The notes under the pieces are model-generated. The model saw only the letters and a program-made list of their open reading frames with translations. It searched no databases and was not told the DNA's origin. Shown here piece by piece: positions 1-10,762 of a stretch of DNA of 50,463 nucleotides. Position 1 is the stretch's first letter. Every line of letters begins with the position of its first letter. The DNA is from an uncultured Candidatus Peribacteria bacterium (GTDB taxonomy: Bacteria; Patescibacteriota; Gracilibacteria; UBA1369; JACRIC01). Where the stretch lies: contig CAZTVN010000001.1 in the NCBI GenBank assembly GCA_964617145.1, positions 1 to 50,463 on the forward strand. The letters run 5' to 3'. The position numbers were made by a program, and so were the translations under genes.

Positions 1-73
1 AAATATTCCTTTGAGCTCCTTCCGAAGGTGGTAACGATCTGTGTACCCAAGAAGTATTTGAAATATTTAACCG

Positions 74-101
74 TTGACTTTTTTACCTTAATAAGTAAAA
101 T
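74..101 (+). promoter_or_regulatory. candidate sigma70-type promoter of the atp operon
   Basis: TTGACT (74-79), 16-nt spacer, TAAAAT (96-101), 26 nt upstream of the atpB ATG at 128. Sequence match only. Confidence 0.35.
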
Positions 102-127
102 CTTTTAACGATATTAAGCATATCAAA

Positions 128-880
128 ATGAGTGGAATTTCAGAATTACAAGTACATCTTGAGCCAAAAACCGTCTTTACATTATTTGAAGTCATTCCCA
201 TCACTGATACTATTTTAAATATGTGGCTGGTGATGTTTATTCTCATTAGCCTTACTCTCTTCATAAGATTAAAACTTAAATATCTTCCGTCTGGTTTTCA
301 AAATTTGGTTGAATGGAGTTTAGGCGGTTTGCATGATTTTATGGAAAATATTGGAGGGAAAGAAGCTCAAAAACATTTCGTGCCATTCATTACTTTTTTT
401 TTGGTAATACTTTTTTCCAATTGGCTTGGTTTAAGCTTGGGGTTTATTTCCGAACATCTCAATTTACGCGCTCCAACCAGTGATCTTAACTCAACTGCTG
501 CTCTGGCAATTTCTGCTTTTCTTTATTTTGAGTATCAAGGCGTAAAAGCTCATGGTTTTTTCGCTTATCTTGGCCATTTTATTAATATCAAGGCCGTCTT
601 CAAAAAAGGGCCAATGGGTATTATCGATTTTTTTGTTGGAATCTTACACATTGTTTCGGAGTTGGTTCGTCCTATTGCGCTTTCACTTCGTCTTTTTGGT
701 AATATTTTTGGTGGTGAAATCGTCCTTGCCGTTGCTTTCCTTTTAGTTAAACCACTTATTCCCATCCCTTTTATGATATTGGAATTTGTGGTAGGACTGA
801 TTCAGGCTTTTGTTTTTGCTACACTTTTTCTTACCTTTACATCATTAAATACGGCTCATACCATAGAGCAGGCACATTAA
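128..880 (+). CDS. atpB: F0F1 ATP synthase subunit a
   Basis: 250-aa polytopic ORF with the a-subunit signature ...ALSLRLFGNIFGGE... (conserved Arg). First gene of a canonical atpBEFHAGDC order. Confidence 0.9.
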   Translation: MSGISELQVHLEPKTVFTLFEVIPITDTILNMWLVMFILISLTLFIRLKLKYLPSGFQNLVEWSLGGLHDFMENIGGKEAQKHFVPFITFFLVILFSNWLGLSLGFISEHLNLRAPTSDLNSTAALAISAFLYFEYQGVKAHGFFAYLGHFINIKAVFKKGPMGIIDFFVGILHIVSELVRPIALSLRLFGNIFGGEIVLAVAFLLVKPLIPIPFMILEFVVGLIQAFVFATLFLTFTSLNTAHTIEQAH

Positions 881-905
881 TGTATTATTTTTTAACTTTT
901 TTATC

Positions 906-1121
906 ATGAACACCACCTATGTACTCAACTTATTCCTGCCTCTTGCGATCGCTATTCCTTCTATCGCCATAGGCTGGATAGGTTCTAAGGCTATGGAAGC
1001 TATTAGTCGACAACCTGAAGCAACTTCAAAAATACAGCTTAACATGATTCTCGCGATTGTTTTCGCTGAAGGACTTGGTATTCTAAGCTTTGTTTTATCC
1101 CTCATCATGATTAATAAATAA
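906..1121 (+). CDS. atpE: F0F1 ATP synthase subunit c
   Basis: 71-aa helical-hairpin proteolipid with RQPE loop and carboxylate in ...VFAEGLGIL... There is no Ser/Thr after the Glu, so it looks H+-type. Confidence 0.9.
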   Translation: MNTTYVLNLFLPLAIAIPSIAIGWIGSKAMEAISRQPEATSKIQLNMILAIVFAEGLGILSFVLSLIMINK

Positions 1122-1133
1122 TTTTTTAATCTC

Positions 1134-1715
1134 ATGAATTTTTGGATTAAAACCGCAAAAGCGGAAAATTTGGAAACGATTGCTCTAACTCAAGCTCAAC
1201 CTGAAGCTTCGTCTCGTGCTCAATCTCAAGGCTTGAGCTTAGATCCTTCCATTGTTGCTTTTCAGGCTTTGAATTTTATTGTACTGCTTTTTCTTTTAAA
1301 TAAAATTCTTTACAAACCCCTTTTAAAATTGTTGAAGGATCGTGAAAAAAAAATAAAAGAAGGAGTTGAGAATGCTGAAAAAGCCGATTTTTTATTAAAA
1401 GAATCAAGCGCAACGCGAGAAAATATGCTTAAAGAAGCGCGTATCGAAAGTCAGTCCATGATTGAGACGGCACGTAAAAATGGTGAACAGGTTCGTTTTG
1501 ACCTTCTTTCTAAAGCCCAGGACGAAGTTACTCACTTCATTGCTGCTGGGAAAAATGCTTTGGAAGCAGAAGAAGCGAAGGCATTTGAAGAAGTAAAAGT
1601 TAAAGCGGTAGATTTGATTATCCTTTCAGCGGAAAAATTTTTAAAAGGGAAAATTGATCAGGATAAAGATGCCAAATTGATTAAGGAATATTTAGATATT
1701 TATGCTAAATCATAA
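1134..1715 (+). CDS. atpF: F0F1 ATP synthase subunit b
   Basis: 193 aa with one hydrophobic segment (FQALNFIVLLFLLNKIL) followed by a long charged helix. Positioned between c and delta. Confidence 0.75.
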   Translation: MNFWIKTAKAENLETIALTQAQPEASSRAQSQGLSLDPSIVAFQALNFIVLLFLLNKILYKPLLKLLKDREKKIKEGVENAEKADFLLKESSATRENMLKEARIESQSMIETARKNGEQVRFDLLSKAQDEVTHFIAAGKNALEAEEAKAFEEVKVKAVDLIILSAEKFLKGKIDQDKDAKLIKEYLDIYAKS

Positions 1716-2259
1716 AAAAAAATTGATAATTCCTTTTGCGAAAGCTTTACTTGCTATTTCTCGCAAAAACGAAAATTCAAAAAGAATTTTTGCTGAACTT
1801 GTCAGTCTTAAAGAACTTTTCGCGGAAAAAGATTTTCAGGAAGCGCTTTTGAGATTTTCTCATCTTACTTTAGCCGAAATGCATTTGGTTTTGGAAAAAA
1901 CTTTGGGAAAACATTTTGCTCCGGAAATTTTCAATTTTTTAAGTTTATTGGTAGCTTATGATCTTATCCTACAATTTCCCAAAATCGTCGATGCTTATCA
2001 AAAATTTTATTTTGATTCGGAAAATATTAGTCATTTAAAAATTGTTTCCGCGAGAGTCCTTCCTGAGTCTGAACAGACTAAAATTGCTGATCAATTCAGT
2101 CAAAAAAAATATCATCAATATTATTTTTCTTTTGAAGTAGACCACCATTTAATCGGGGGTATTCAAATGTATGAAAATGATCTCCTCGCAGATTATTCAG
2201 TCAAAAATTATCTTAACCATTTGCGTGTTACATTTTTAAGCTTTTCTTATGAAAATTGA
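1702..2259 (+). CDS. atpH: F0F1 ATP synthase subunit delta (OSCP)
   Basis: 185 aa. Overlaps atpF by 14 nt and atpA by 11 nt. Position and length fit delta; sequence divergent. Confidence 0.7.
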   Translation: MLNHKKKLIIPFAKALLAISRKNENSKRIFAELVSLKELFAEKDFQEALLRFSHLTLAEMHLVLEKTLGKHFAPEIFNFLSLLVAYDLILQFPKIVDAYQKFYFDSENISHLKIVSARVLPESEQTKIADQFSQKKYHQYYFSFEVDHHLIGGIQMYENDLLADYSVKNYLNHLRVTFLSFSYEN

Positions 2260-3766
2260 TGCTAAACAAATTATCGATCATTTGCAGAAACAATTAGAAA
2301 ATCTTGATTTTAAACCAGAAACCGTTGACACAGGGCGTATTCTTTTGGTCGGTGATGGGGTAGCACTCGTTAATGGACTCAGTAATGTTCAAATGGGTGA
2401 AATGATTGAGTTTCCTGGACCTACTTATGGTATGGCGATTAACCTGGCCCAAGAAAGTGTTGGCTGTATTTTATTTGGTGAGGATAAAAATCTTAAAGAA
2501 GGCGATATTGTCAAAAGTACAGGAAAAATCATGGAAGTTCCCACAGGAGACGAGCTTACTGGTAGAGTGCTTAATGCCCTTGGCCAAGCTATTGATGGTA
2601 AGGGGCCTCTTCATTTTAAAAAACTTCGTCCTATTGAACATAAGGCTGAAGGTGTTATTCATCGTAGACCAGTTTCTGTACCTCTACAAACCGGTATTAA
2701 AGCTATTGATGCCATGATCCCGATTGGTAGAGGCCAAAGAGAACTCATTATCAGTGATCGTCAAATTGGTAAAACAGCTATCGCCATAGATACCATTATC
2801 AATCAGAAAGGCCAGAATGTTCATTGTTTTTATGTTGCTATTGGCCAGAAACAATCAACAGTTGCTAATGTAGTGAGAAAATTGGAAGAAACTGGTGCCA
2901 TGGAATATACAACGGTCATTGTTGCAGGGGCTTCTGATCCAGCTGCTTTGAATTTTATCGCTCCTTACTGCGGTTGCGCTATGGCTGAGGCGGTTATGTA
3001 TGAAGGTAAAGACGCTTTAATTATTTATGATGATCTTTCCAAGCATGCTTGGGCTTACCGTGAAGTTTCTTTGCTTCTCCGTCGTCCCCCCGGTCGCGAA
3101 GCCTATCCTGGGGATATTTTTTATCTTCATTCTCGTTTATTGGAAAGAGCTTCCAGGCTTTCTGACGATATGGGAGGTGGTTCGATCACGGCTTTGCCAA
3201 TTATTGAAACTCAGGCTAATGATATTTCTGCTTATATCCCAACTAATGTCATTTCCATTACTGATGGGCAAATCTTTTTGGAGCCGGAACTTTTCTATGC
3301 CGGTAAACGTCCTGCCATTAATGCCGGTATTTCTGTCTCTCGTGTTGGAGGATCTGCTCAAATTCCAGTAATGAAAAAGGTGGCGGGGAATCTTCGTTTA
3401 AATTTGGCTAAATTTCGCGAATTGGAAGCTTTTGCCCAGGTCGGTTCTGATCTTGATGCTCAAACCAAATCACAACTTGAGCGTGGGCAAAGAGCGGTGG
3501 AAGTATTAAAACAGCCTCAGTACTCACCGCTTCCGGTTGCTAAGCAAATTGCTATTATTTATGCGCTCAATAGTGGGCTACTTGATGATATTGAGATAAA
3601 AGACATTTCATCGTTTGAACAAAAATTTTATCAGTTCCTTGATGATAATTATAAAAATTTACAGGAATCTCTTTCCACAGCTCGTAAATTTACAGAGGAG
3701 TTGGAAATGGAGTTGAAAACGGTTATTGAAAAATTCAAAATAAACTGGAATGTCATCACTTCGTGA
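2249..3766 (+). CDS. atpA: F0F1 ATP synthase subunit alpha
   Basis: 505 aa with alpha-type motifs [16 protein letters not shown] (P-loop region), [27 protein letters not shown] and ITDGQIFLE. Confidence 0.96.
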   Translation: MKIDAKQIIDHLQKQLENLDFKPETVDTGRILLVGDGVALVNGLSNVQMGEMIEFPGPTYGMAINLAQESVGCILFGEDKNLKEGDIVKSTGKIMEVPTGDELTGRVLNALGQAIDGKGPLHFKKLRPIEHKAEGVIHRRPVSVPLQTGIKAIDAMIPIGRGQRELIISDRQIGKTAIAIDTIINQKGQNVHCFYVAIGQKQSTVANVVRKLEETGAMEYTTVIVAGASDPAALNFIAPYCGCAMAEAVMYEGKDALIIYDDLSKHAWAYREVSLLLRRPPGREAYPGDIFYLHSRLLERASRLSDDMGGGSITALPIIETQANDISAYIPTNVISITDGQIFLEPELFYAGKRPAINAGISVSRVGGSAQIPVMKKVAGNLRLNLAKFRELEAFAQVGSDLDAQTKSQLERGQRAVEVLKQPQYSPLPVAKQIAIIYALNSGLLDDIEIKDISSFEQKFYQFLDDNYKNLQESLSTARKFTEELEMELKTVIEKFKINWNVITS

Positions 3767-4625
3767 TTTAAAACTCAGAATTCGTTCTATCAAATCCACC
3801 CAAAAAATTACCCGGGCTATGGAGATGATTGCTGCATCTAAAATGAAAAAAGCTCAACAACAGGCTTTAAAAGGTCGTCCTTATCTCAACAAACTTTCAG
3901 AAATGATTGCGGTTCTCATCACTTCCAGTGAGCCAAAGTTGACTCATAAACTTTTAGAAAAAAATAATCACAGCAACAATATTGCCTATATTATTATCAC
4001 GGCTGACCGTGGCCTTTGTGGAGCTTTTAATACTAATATTGCTAAAATCAGTCTTGAAAATTTTTCCGTTCGTCAGGATAAAGGACGAAAAATTGTAGCA
4101 GTAGGTAGAAAAATTCGCCAAACCATGCAGAGACTTGGCCAAAGCATTGTTGCTGATTTTGAACAAATGGCCAATGCTCCTGAATTTTTAGACACTCTTG
4201 GTATTGCCAGAATCGTTTTAGATGAATATTTGGCAGGTTCTGTTGATGAAGCATATTTAATTTATAATCATTTTTATTCAACGATTAATCAAAAGCCAGT
4301 TGTCCAGAAATTGTTACCGATTGAACCTGAAACTATTTTTATTGCTGAATCGTCTGCCAATGAAGCGTCAGGTAAAATTGATTATATTTTTGAAGGAGAA
4401 AAAAATATTCTTTTAGACGAACTTTTGCATAGATTGGTCAACATTAAAGTTTATCAGGCGGTGATGGAATCAGCAGCCTCTGAACATTCTGCGCGCATGA
4501 TTTCTATGCATCAGGCTTCTGATAACGCTAAAGAGATTGTTTTGAATTTGACTTTGGAGTACAACAAGACCCGTCAGTCTAAAATTACGACTCAAATTTT
4601 GGAAATTATTGGCGCCGTACAGTAG
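3750..4625 (+). CDS. atpG: F0F1 ATP synthase subunit gamma
   Basis: 291 aa. N-terminus [33 protein letters not shown] and C-terminus ...[16 protein letters not shown] are typical of gamma. Confidence 0.92.
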   Translation: MSSLRDLKLRIRSIKSTQKITRAMEMIAASKMKKAQQQALKGRPYLNKLSEMIAVLITSSEPKLTHKLLEKNNHSNNIAYIIITADRGLCGAFNTNIAKISLENFSVRQDKGRKIVAVGRKIRQTMQRLGQSIVADFEQMANAPEFLDTLGIARIVLDEYLAGSVDEAYLIYNHFYSTINQKPVVQKLLPIEPETIFIAESSANEASGKIDYIFEGEKNILLDELLHRLVNIKVYQAVMESAASEHSARMISMHQASDNAKEIVLNLTLEYNKTRQSKITTQILEIIGAVQ

Positions 4626-4637
4626 AAAGGCCTTTAG

Positions 4638-6065
<1,428 letters not shown>

Positions 6066-6098
6066 ATGTAATAGTTCATTTCGTTACAGTTCATACTC

Positions 6099-6509
6099 AT
6101 GTTCGACTTAAATATCATTACGGTAGAAAAAAATATTTTTACTGGTAGGGTTTCCTCCGTTATTGTCCCAACAGTAACCGGTGAAATCGGTATCTTGACC
6201 GACCATCATCCTTTAATCGCGAAATTGGATATTGGTGCTATTAAAATAATTTTAGAAGATAATTCTGAACGAACGATTTTTATGGCTGGAGGGTTTTTAG
6301 AAGTGCATAAAAATAAAGTTGCAATACTGGCAGATTTGGCAGAGAATCTTGAAAACATTGCTTTGGAAGAAGCCAGTGCCGCCCGTAAAAAGGCTGAAAC
6401 AATGGTGACTGAAGCAAAAGATGCGGTAACAGCTGAGAAACTTAAAGAGGAACTGCGCATTGTAATGATGAGAGAAAAGCTCGCCCAAATGTCTAAATAT
6501 AAAAAATAG
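6099..6509 (+). CDS. atpC: F0F1 ATP synthase subunit epsilon
   Basis: 136 aa. Beta-sandwich-like N-terminus (..GEIGILTDHHPLIAKL..) plus C-terminal helical hairpin. Last gene of the operon. Confidence 0.85.
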   Translation: MFDLNIITVEKNIFTGRVSSVIVPTVTGEIGILTDHHPLIAKLDIGAIKIILEDNSERTIFMAGGFLEVHKNKVAILADLAENLENIALEEASAARKKAETMVTEAKDAVTAEKLKEELRIVMMREKLAQMSKYKK

Positions 6510-6592
6510 GGATCTCTCTTTTTTAATAAGTCTTGCTTTTTTATCAATATTGTTTAGAATCTGTAAAAATCGGGCATAGTCTTATCTAATGT

Positions 6593-7195
6593 ATGGCTTT
6601 CCTCAAACTTCTTCATAAACTTTTTTTCAATAGGTCGGTAACGGAAAATAAGAGTAAGTTTCTCGATTTACCGGATGAAAGGCTGAGGTCGGAGGAAGGG
6701 GATTTTACGACTCAAGATAAAAAGTCGGACTTACGCGATGAAAAATTAGAGAAAGCCTGTAAAGAATTAAAACAAATAATTGATCAGCTCTATGGCGGTC
6801 GTTCTTTGCGTATCCGTGCTGTAGATGGTGGTTCGTGCAATGGAGAAGAAATCGAATTAACAGCCTTGAATAATGCTTATTATGATATTGAACGTTTTGG
6901 TCTTTCCTTTGTCGCTTCGCCGAGGCATGCCGATATTTTGTTTGTCACAGGTCCTGTTACCCGAAATCTGGAAAGAGCCGTTCTGACTACTTATGAGGCT
7001 GCTCCGGAGCCTTGTATTGTCGTTGCGATAGGCGATGGTGCTTGCACTGGAGGAATTTGGAAAGATTCCTATGCCGTAGTTGGCCCAGTTGAAAAAATCA
7101 TTCCAGTACATTATAAAATTTATGGCAATCCGCCTACTCCAACTCAAATTTTACAAGGCATGTTACATATACTTAAAGATCACGTTCAATCATGA
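6593..7195 (+). CDS. NuoB/HycG/HyfI-like small subunit of a group-4 hydrogenase-related complex, with degenerate Fe-S ligands
   Basis: 200 aa. RIRAVDGGSCNGEEIEL, SPRHADILFVTGPVT, IGDGACTGG and YGNPPTP align by eye to HycG VDCGGCNGCEIEI, SPRHADILLFTG, YGACGNSGG and IPGCPPTP. Two of the four cluster cysteines are replaced (E85, N179). Confidence 0.8.
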   Translation: MAFLKLLHKLFFNRSVTENKSKFLDLPDERLRSEEGDFTTQDKKSDLRDEKLEKACKELKQIIDQLYGGRSLRIRAVDGGSCNGEEIELTALNNAYYDIERFGLSFVASPRHADILFVTGPVTRNLERAVLTTYEAAPEPCIVVAIGDGACTGGIWKDSYAVVGPVEKIIPVHYKIYGNPPTPTQILQGMLHILKDHVQS

Positions 7196-9153
7196 GCACT
7201 GAATTATTCATTCGAATTTGTATTTATATTTGCTTGGTTTTGACCTTGTCAGGTGGAGTTTTTGCACTATTCAGTAAAAAAGATTTTATTCAGCGTATCG
7301 CCCAAATCATTATGTTGACTGCTCTCGTTTGTGGCATTTTAGCTTCGGGAATATTTTTAGTAAAAGATCTTCCAGTTTTATCTCTCTTGGTCACCGATTT
7401 TTCTTTCCCCGGAACATTCATGATGGATAAACTATCGGCAATTTTCTTTTTTTTGGTCAATACGGTTGGTTTCCTGACTGTACTTTATGGCTTCAGATAT
7501 ATATTCAATGAAAAATCACATTATAATATATCTTATCTTCAATTTTTAAGTGCGTTATTTATTTTAGGGATGCAGATGGTGGTTCTCTCTACTACGCCAC
7601 TATTTTTTATTTTCGCATGGGAAATTATGTCTTTTTCCAGTTTTTTGTTAGTAATGGCAGATCTTAAAATCCAATCTGTCAGACCAGCGCTTTTTTATTT
7701 GATCATGACTCATTTGGGGGCTTCAGCCATACTTGCAGGATTTCTCCTTTTGTCCAAGGGCGTTTTCAATCTCAATTTTAACCAGTTGGGATTATCAGCT
7801 TCGGGGCTTCCTGCCAAAACTATTCTGACCGCTTTTTTACTTTTTTTCTTTGGGTTTGGCTCAAAAGCTGGTTTATTCCCTTTTCATGGTTGGCTCCCCG
7901 AAGCCCATCCTCAGGCTCCGAGTCATATTTCTGCTTTGATGTCAGGCATTATGCTTAAAGTTGCCGTATATGGATTTTTGAGAGTTATTTTATATATGCT
8001 GCCCATTCTTCCTCTTTGGGTAGGTTTTTTGGTAGTAATCGTTGGGCTTTTTTCAGCTATTTTTGGAGTGTTTTATTCAGTGATCGAAACAGATATTAAG
8101 CGTATTTTGGCTTTTAGTAGCATAGAAAATCTTGGTCTTATTTTTTCTATCATTGGGATTTATCTTATTGCCCAAAATCAGCAGATGGTTTTGCTTGCGC
8201 AGTTTAGTATGATTGCTGTTTTGTATCAATCGATTTCTCATGCTTTCTTCAAGTCAGGTCTTTTTCTTGTTGCCGGTATTGCAGGACAAGCCTTTCATAC
8301 ACGCAATATTGAAAAAATGGGTGGTATGGCTAGAAAAATGAGGATTTTTTCTTTTGCCGCCTTATTGCTTTCTCTCACTGCTGCAGCTTTGCCGCCTTCT
8401 GGAGCATTTGTCGGAGAATGGCTCGTAATTCAATCGATTATTAACACTGTTTTTTCCGGTATTTTTTCGGTCAAGATTTTATTACTCGGGACATTGATTT
8501 CTTTTGGTTTGGTTGCAGGAATTGCTGTTTTTTCAATGGTTAGATTTTTTGGTATTGGTTTTTTGGCAGAATCTCGAAGTCCCAACGCTGAAATCTCTCA
8601 TGAGCCAGGAGTAGAAATGCTTTTCCCTGTAGCGTTTTTGAGTTTTGTAGCTTTCCTCCTTGGAGCTTTCTCTAAGCCAATAATCGATATAATTGGAGAA
8701 GATTCGTCTTTCATTCCTTTAACTTTTAATCCAATGATTTTATTGGTGATTTTGCTTGGATTATTTTTATTTGCTTTATTATTTAGACGCAGTGGATCAA
8801 CCATGAAAAATGAAAGGCTGTATCATACATGGGACTGTGGTCAGCCGATTAATGCTTCCATGGAATATACCGCCACTACTTTTTCCGCTCCAATCCGTTT
8901 TTTCTTTAGAACTATTTTGAGGGCAAATAAAAAAATTACGGCATATCCAATAATCGATACCAATCCATGGTTGGTTAAAAAGAGCATTCATCTTGAAATC
9001 AACCCAATCTGGGATCAGTATTTTTATAACCCTCTTGTCTGTTCTATTACTTTCCTTTCCTCTACGGTTCGTCGATTACAAAATGGAAATATTCAATTTT
9101 ATATTACGTTGATCCTTATTTCTCTTGTTATCACCGCAATAGTAACTTTATGA
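7192..9153 (+). CDS. HyfB/HycC-like (NuoL family) antiporter-like membrane subunit
   Basis: 653-aa polytopic protein with ...GFGSKAGLFPFHGWLPEAHPQAPSHISALMSGIMLKVAVYG..., typical of HycC/HyfB/NuoL-type subunits. 4-nt overlap with the upstream gene. Confidence 0.85.
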   Translation: MSTELFIRICIYICLVLTLSGGVFALFSKKDFIQRIAQIIMLTALVCGILASGIFLVKDLPVLSLLVTDFSFPGTFMMDKLSAIFFFLVNTVGFLTVLYGFRYIFNEKSHYNISYLQFLSALFILGMQMVVLSTTPLFFIFAWEIMSFSSFLLVMADLKIQSVRPALFYLIMTHLGASAILAGFLLLSKGVFNLNFNQLGLSASGLPAKTILTAFLLFFFGFGSKAGLFPFHGWLPEAHPQAPSHISALMSGIMLKVAVYGFLRVILYMLPILPLWVGFLVVIVGLFSAIFGVFYSVIETDIKRILAFSSIENLGLIFSIIGIYLIAQNQQMVLLAQFSMIAVLYQSISHAFFKSGLFLVAGIAGQAFHTRNIEKMGGMARKMRIFSFAALLLSLTAAALPPSGAFVGEWLVIQSIINTVFSGIFSVKILLLGTLISFGLVAGIAVFSMVRFFGIGFLAESRSPNAEISHEPGVEMLFPVAFLSFVAFLLGAFSKPIIDIIGEDSSFIPLTFNPMILLVILLGLFLFALLFRRSGSTMKNERLYHTWDCGQPINASMEYTATTFSAPIRFFFRTILRANKKITAYPIIDTNPWLVKKSIHLEINPIWDQYFYNPLVCSITFLSSTVRRLQNGNIQFYITLILISLVITAIVTL

Positions 9154-10085
9154 ATTTTTTTGTTTCAATCTATCAATTCATACTTATCTTGCTTATCGCC
9201 CCATTTGCGGCAGGAATAGTTAAGTTTTTTAAGGCTAGACTTCAGGGAAGAAAAGGAGCTTCTCCCATTTTGCCATATTTCACGATATTGACCTTGATGA
9301 AAAAGCAAATGGTCATTTCTAAAAGTACTTCATGGGTTTTCCGGCTGGCTCCATTTGTTGTTTTGGGTACTTCATTATTTATGGTTTTAATATTGCCGCT
9401 GGTTTCTATAGATCGATATTTATCGGCATATAGCAATTTTGTTATTATCGCTGGAATACTCATGCTTGGAACCATCTTTTTAATTTTCGGAGGACTTGAA
9501 TCGGCTTCAGCGTTTGGTGGCATGGGCTCAAGTCGTGAAATGACTATTGCTTCTTTAGTTGAGCCAACTATGATCTTGATTTTTGGTGCACTGGCTTTAA
9601 ATAGTGGTAGTTCAGAAATTAGCAGGATGGTCTCAGACCTTAATATAACGACGCAACCTTTTATCATACCGAGTCTGTTGGCGCTGGTTCTCCTGGCGCT
9701 CGCGGAAAATGCTCGTTATCCTGTCGATAATCCTGCTACACATCTGGAGTTAACCATGGTACACGAAGCAATGATCCTTGAATATTCTGGTCCTTTTTTG
9801 GCTTTGATAGAATATGCTTCGTTTCTTAAACTTACCCTGTTTTCTGTTTTGTTGATGAACTTGATTTATCCGATTGGTTTATTGGAAAGCTCTTCAGATC
9901 TTTTGTCTTATCTTTTGTCTCCTTTATTTCTTATCGCCAAAGTTATTGTCATGATGTTTTTGCTCGCTTTTTTAGAAAGTTCTATCGTGAAAATGCGTTT
10001 TTATAGAGTGCATGAGTTTTTGGCTGTTGCATTTTTTTTAAGCCTCGGTGGTATTTTTTTGACACTTGTTAATACGATTTTATGA
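9150..10085 (+). CDS. HycD/HyfC-like (NuoH family) membrane subunit
   Basis: 311 aa. The N-terminus ..APFAAGIVKFFKARLQGRKGASPILPYFTILTLMKKQ...WVFRLAPFVV parallels the HycD/NuoH N-terminal pattern. Confidence 0.82.
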   Translation: MNFFVSIYQFILILLIAPFAAGIVKFFKARLQGRKGASPILPYFTILTLMKKQMVISKSTSWVFRLAPFVVLGTSLFMVLILPLVSIDRYLSAYSNFVIIAGILMLGTIFLIFGGLESASAFGGMGSSREMTIASLVEPTMILIFGALALNSGSSEISRMVSDLNITTQPFIIPSLLALVLLALAENARYPVDNPATHLELTMVHEAMILEYSGPFLALIEYASFLKLTLFSVLLMNLIYPIGLLESSSDLLSYLLSPLFLIAKVIVMMFLLAFLESSIVKMRFYRVHEFLAVAFFLSLGGIFLTLVNTIL

Positions 10086-10753
10086 TCTCCATTCACGTCA
10101 TAATAGATTTTTTTGCAGGGGGATTGCTTCTGACTACATTCCTTATGATGGGGAAAATACGCCTCATACCGATGTTAAGATACTTTGCAGTCAGTTCCTT
10201 TTTTTTGGCAGGCCTTGGGGCAAGCATGTCTCTTTTGAAAGAAGAAAAAGATTTTTTTATAGCTCCTTTGGCAACCATTTTGTTTAAGGTAGTATTTATA
10301 CCATTGATTATCAATTTTACTGCCAAAAAACTACCTTCTTCCAATCAACTCAAAATGTATTTTAGGCCTGCAACAACTTCTTTTATGTTTTTATTTGTGT
10401 TGATTTTAAGTGGAATAATTGTTAGGAATTTTCCGGTCACTTTTGATGGTACTTTCGATAATCCTTTTTTCTTCAAGAGTTTATTGTTTATTTCAATCAG
10501 CCTGATCCTTTCAGGGATTTTATTGACTGTAATCAGAAAAGATTTGTTTTCACAGGTTTTGGGTTTGCTTACCATGGAAAATGGAATTGCTGCCTTTGGT
10601 CTCGTTACACTTGATGGTATCCCTATTTTTTTAGAAATGGGAATTTCTTTTGTAATTATTATAAGTACGGTAATTTTAGCGGTTTTGATTGATAGAGTTC
10701 ATGAAGTTTATACGATTGGCGACACTGAAAATTTAAAAGAATTAATTGATTAA
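10082..10753 (+). CDS. HyfE-like small membrane subunit (NuoK-related)
   Basis: 223-aa polytopic protein. C-terminal ..LGLLTMENGIAAFGL...EMGISFVIIISTVILAVLI.. resembles E. coli HyfE (..CLMENGSHLVL..). Confidence 0.75.
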   Translation: MISIHVIIDFFAGGLLLTTFLMMGKIRLIPMLRYFAVSSFFLAGLGASMSLLKEEKDFFIAPLATILFKVVFIPLIINFTAKKLPSSNQLKMYFRPATTSFMFLFVLILSGIIVRNFPVTFDGTFDNPFFFKSLLFISISLILSGILLTVIRKDLFSQVLGLLTMENGIAAFGLVTLDGIPIFLEMGISFVIIISTVILAVLIDRVHEVYTIGDTENLKELID

Positions 10754-10762
10754 CTTATTATA

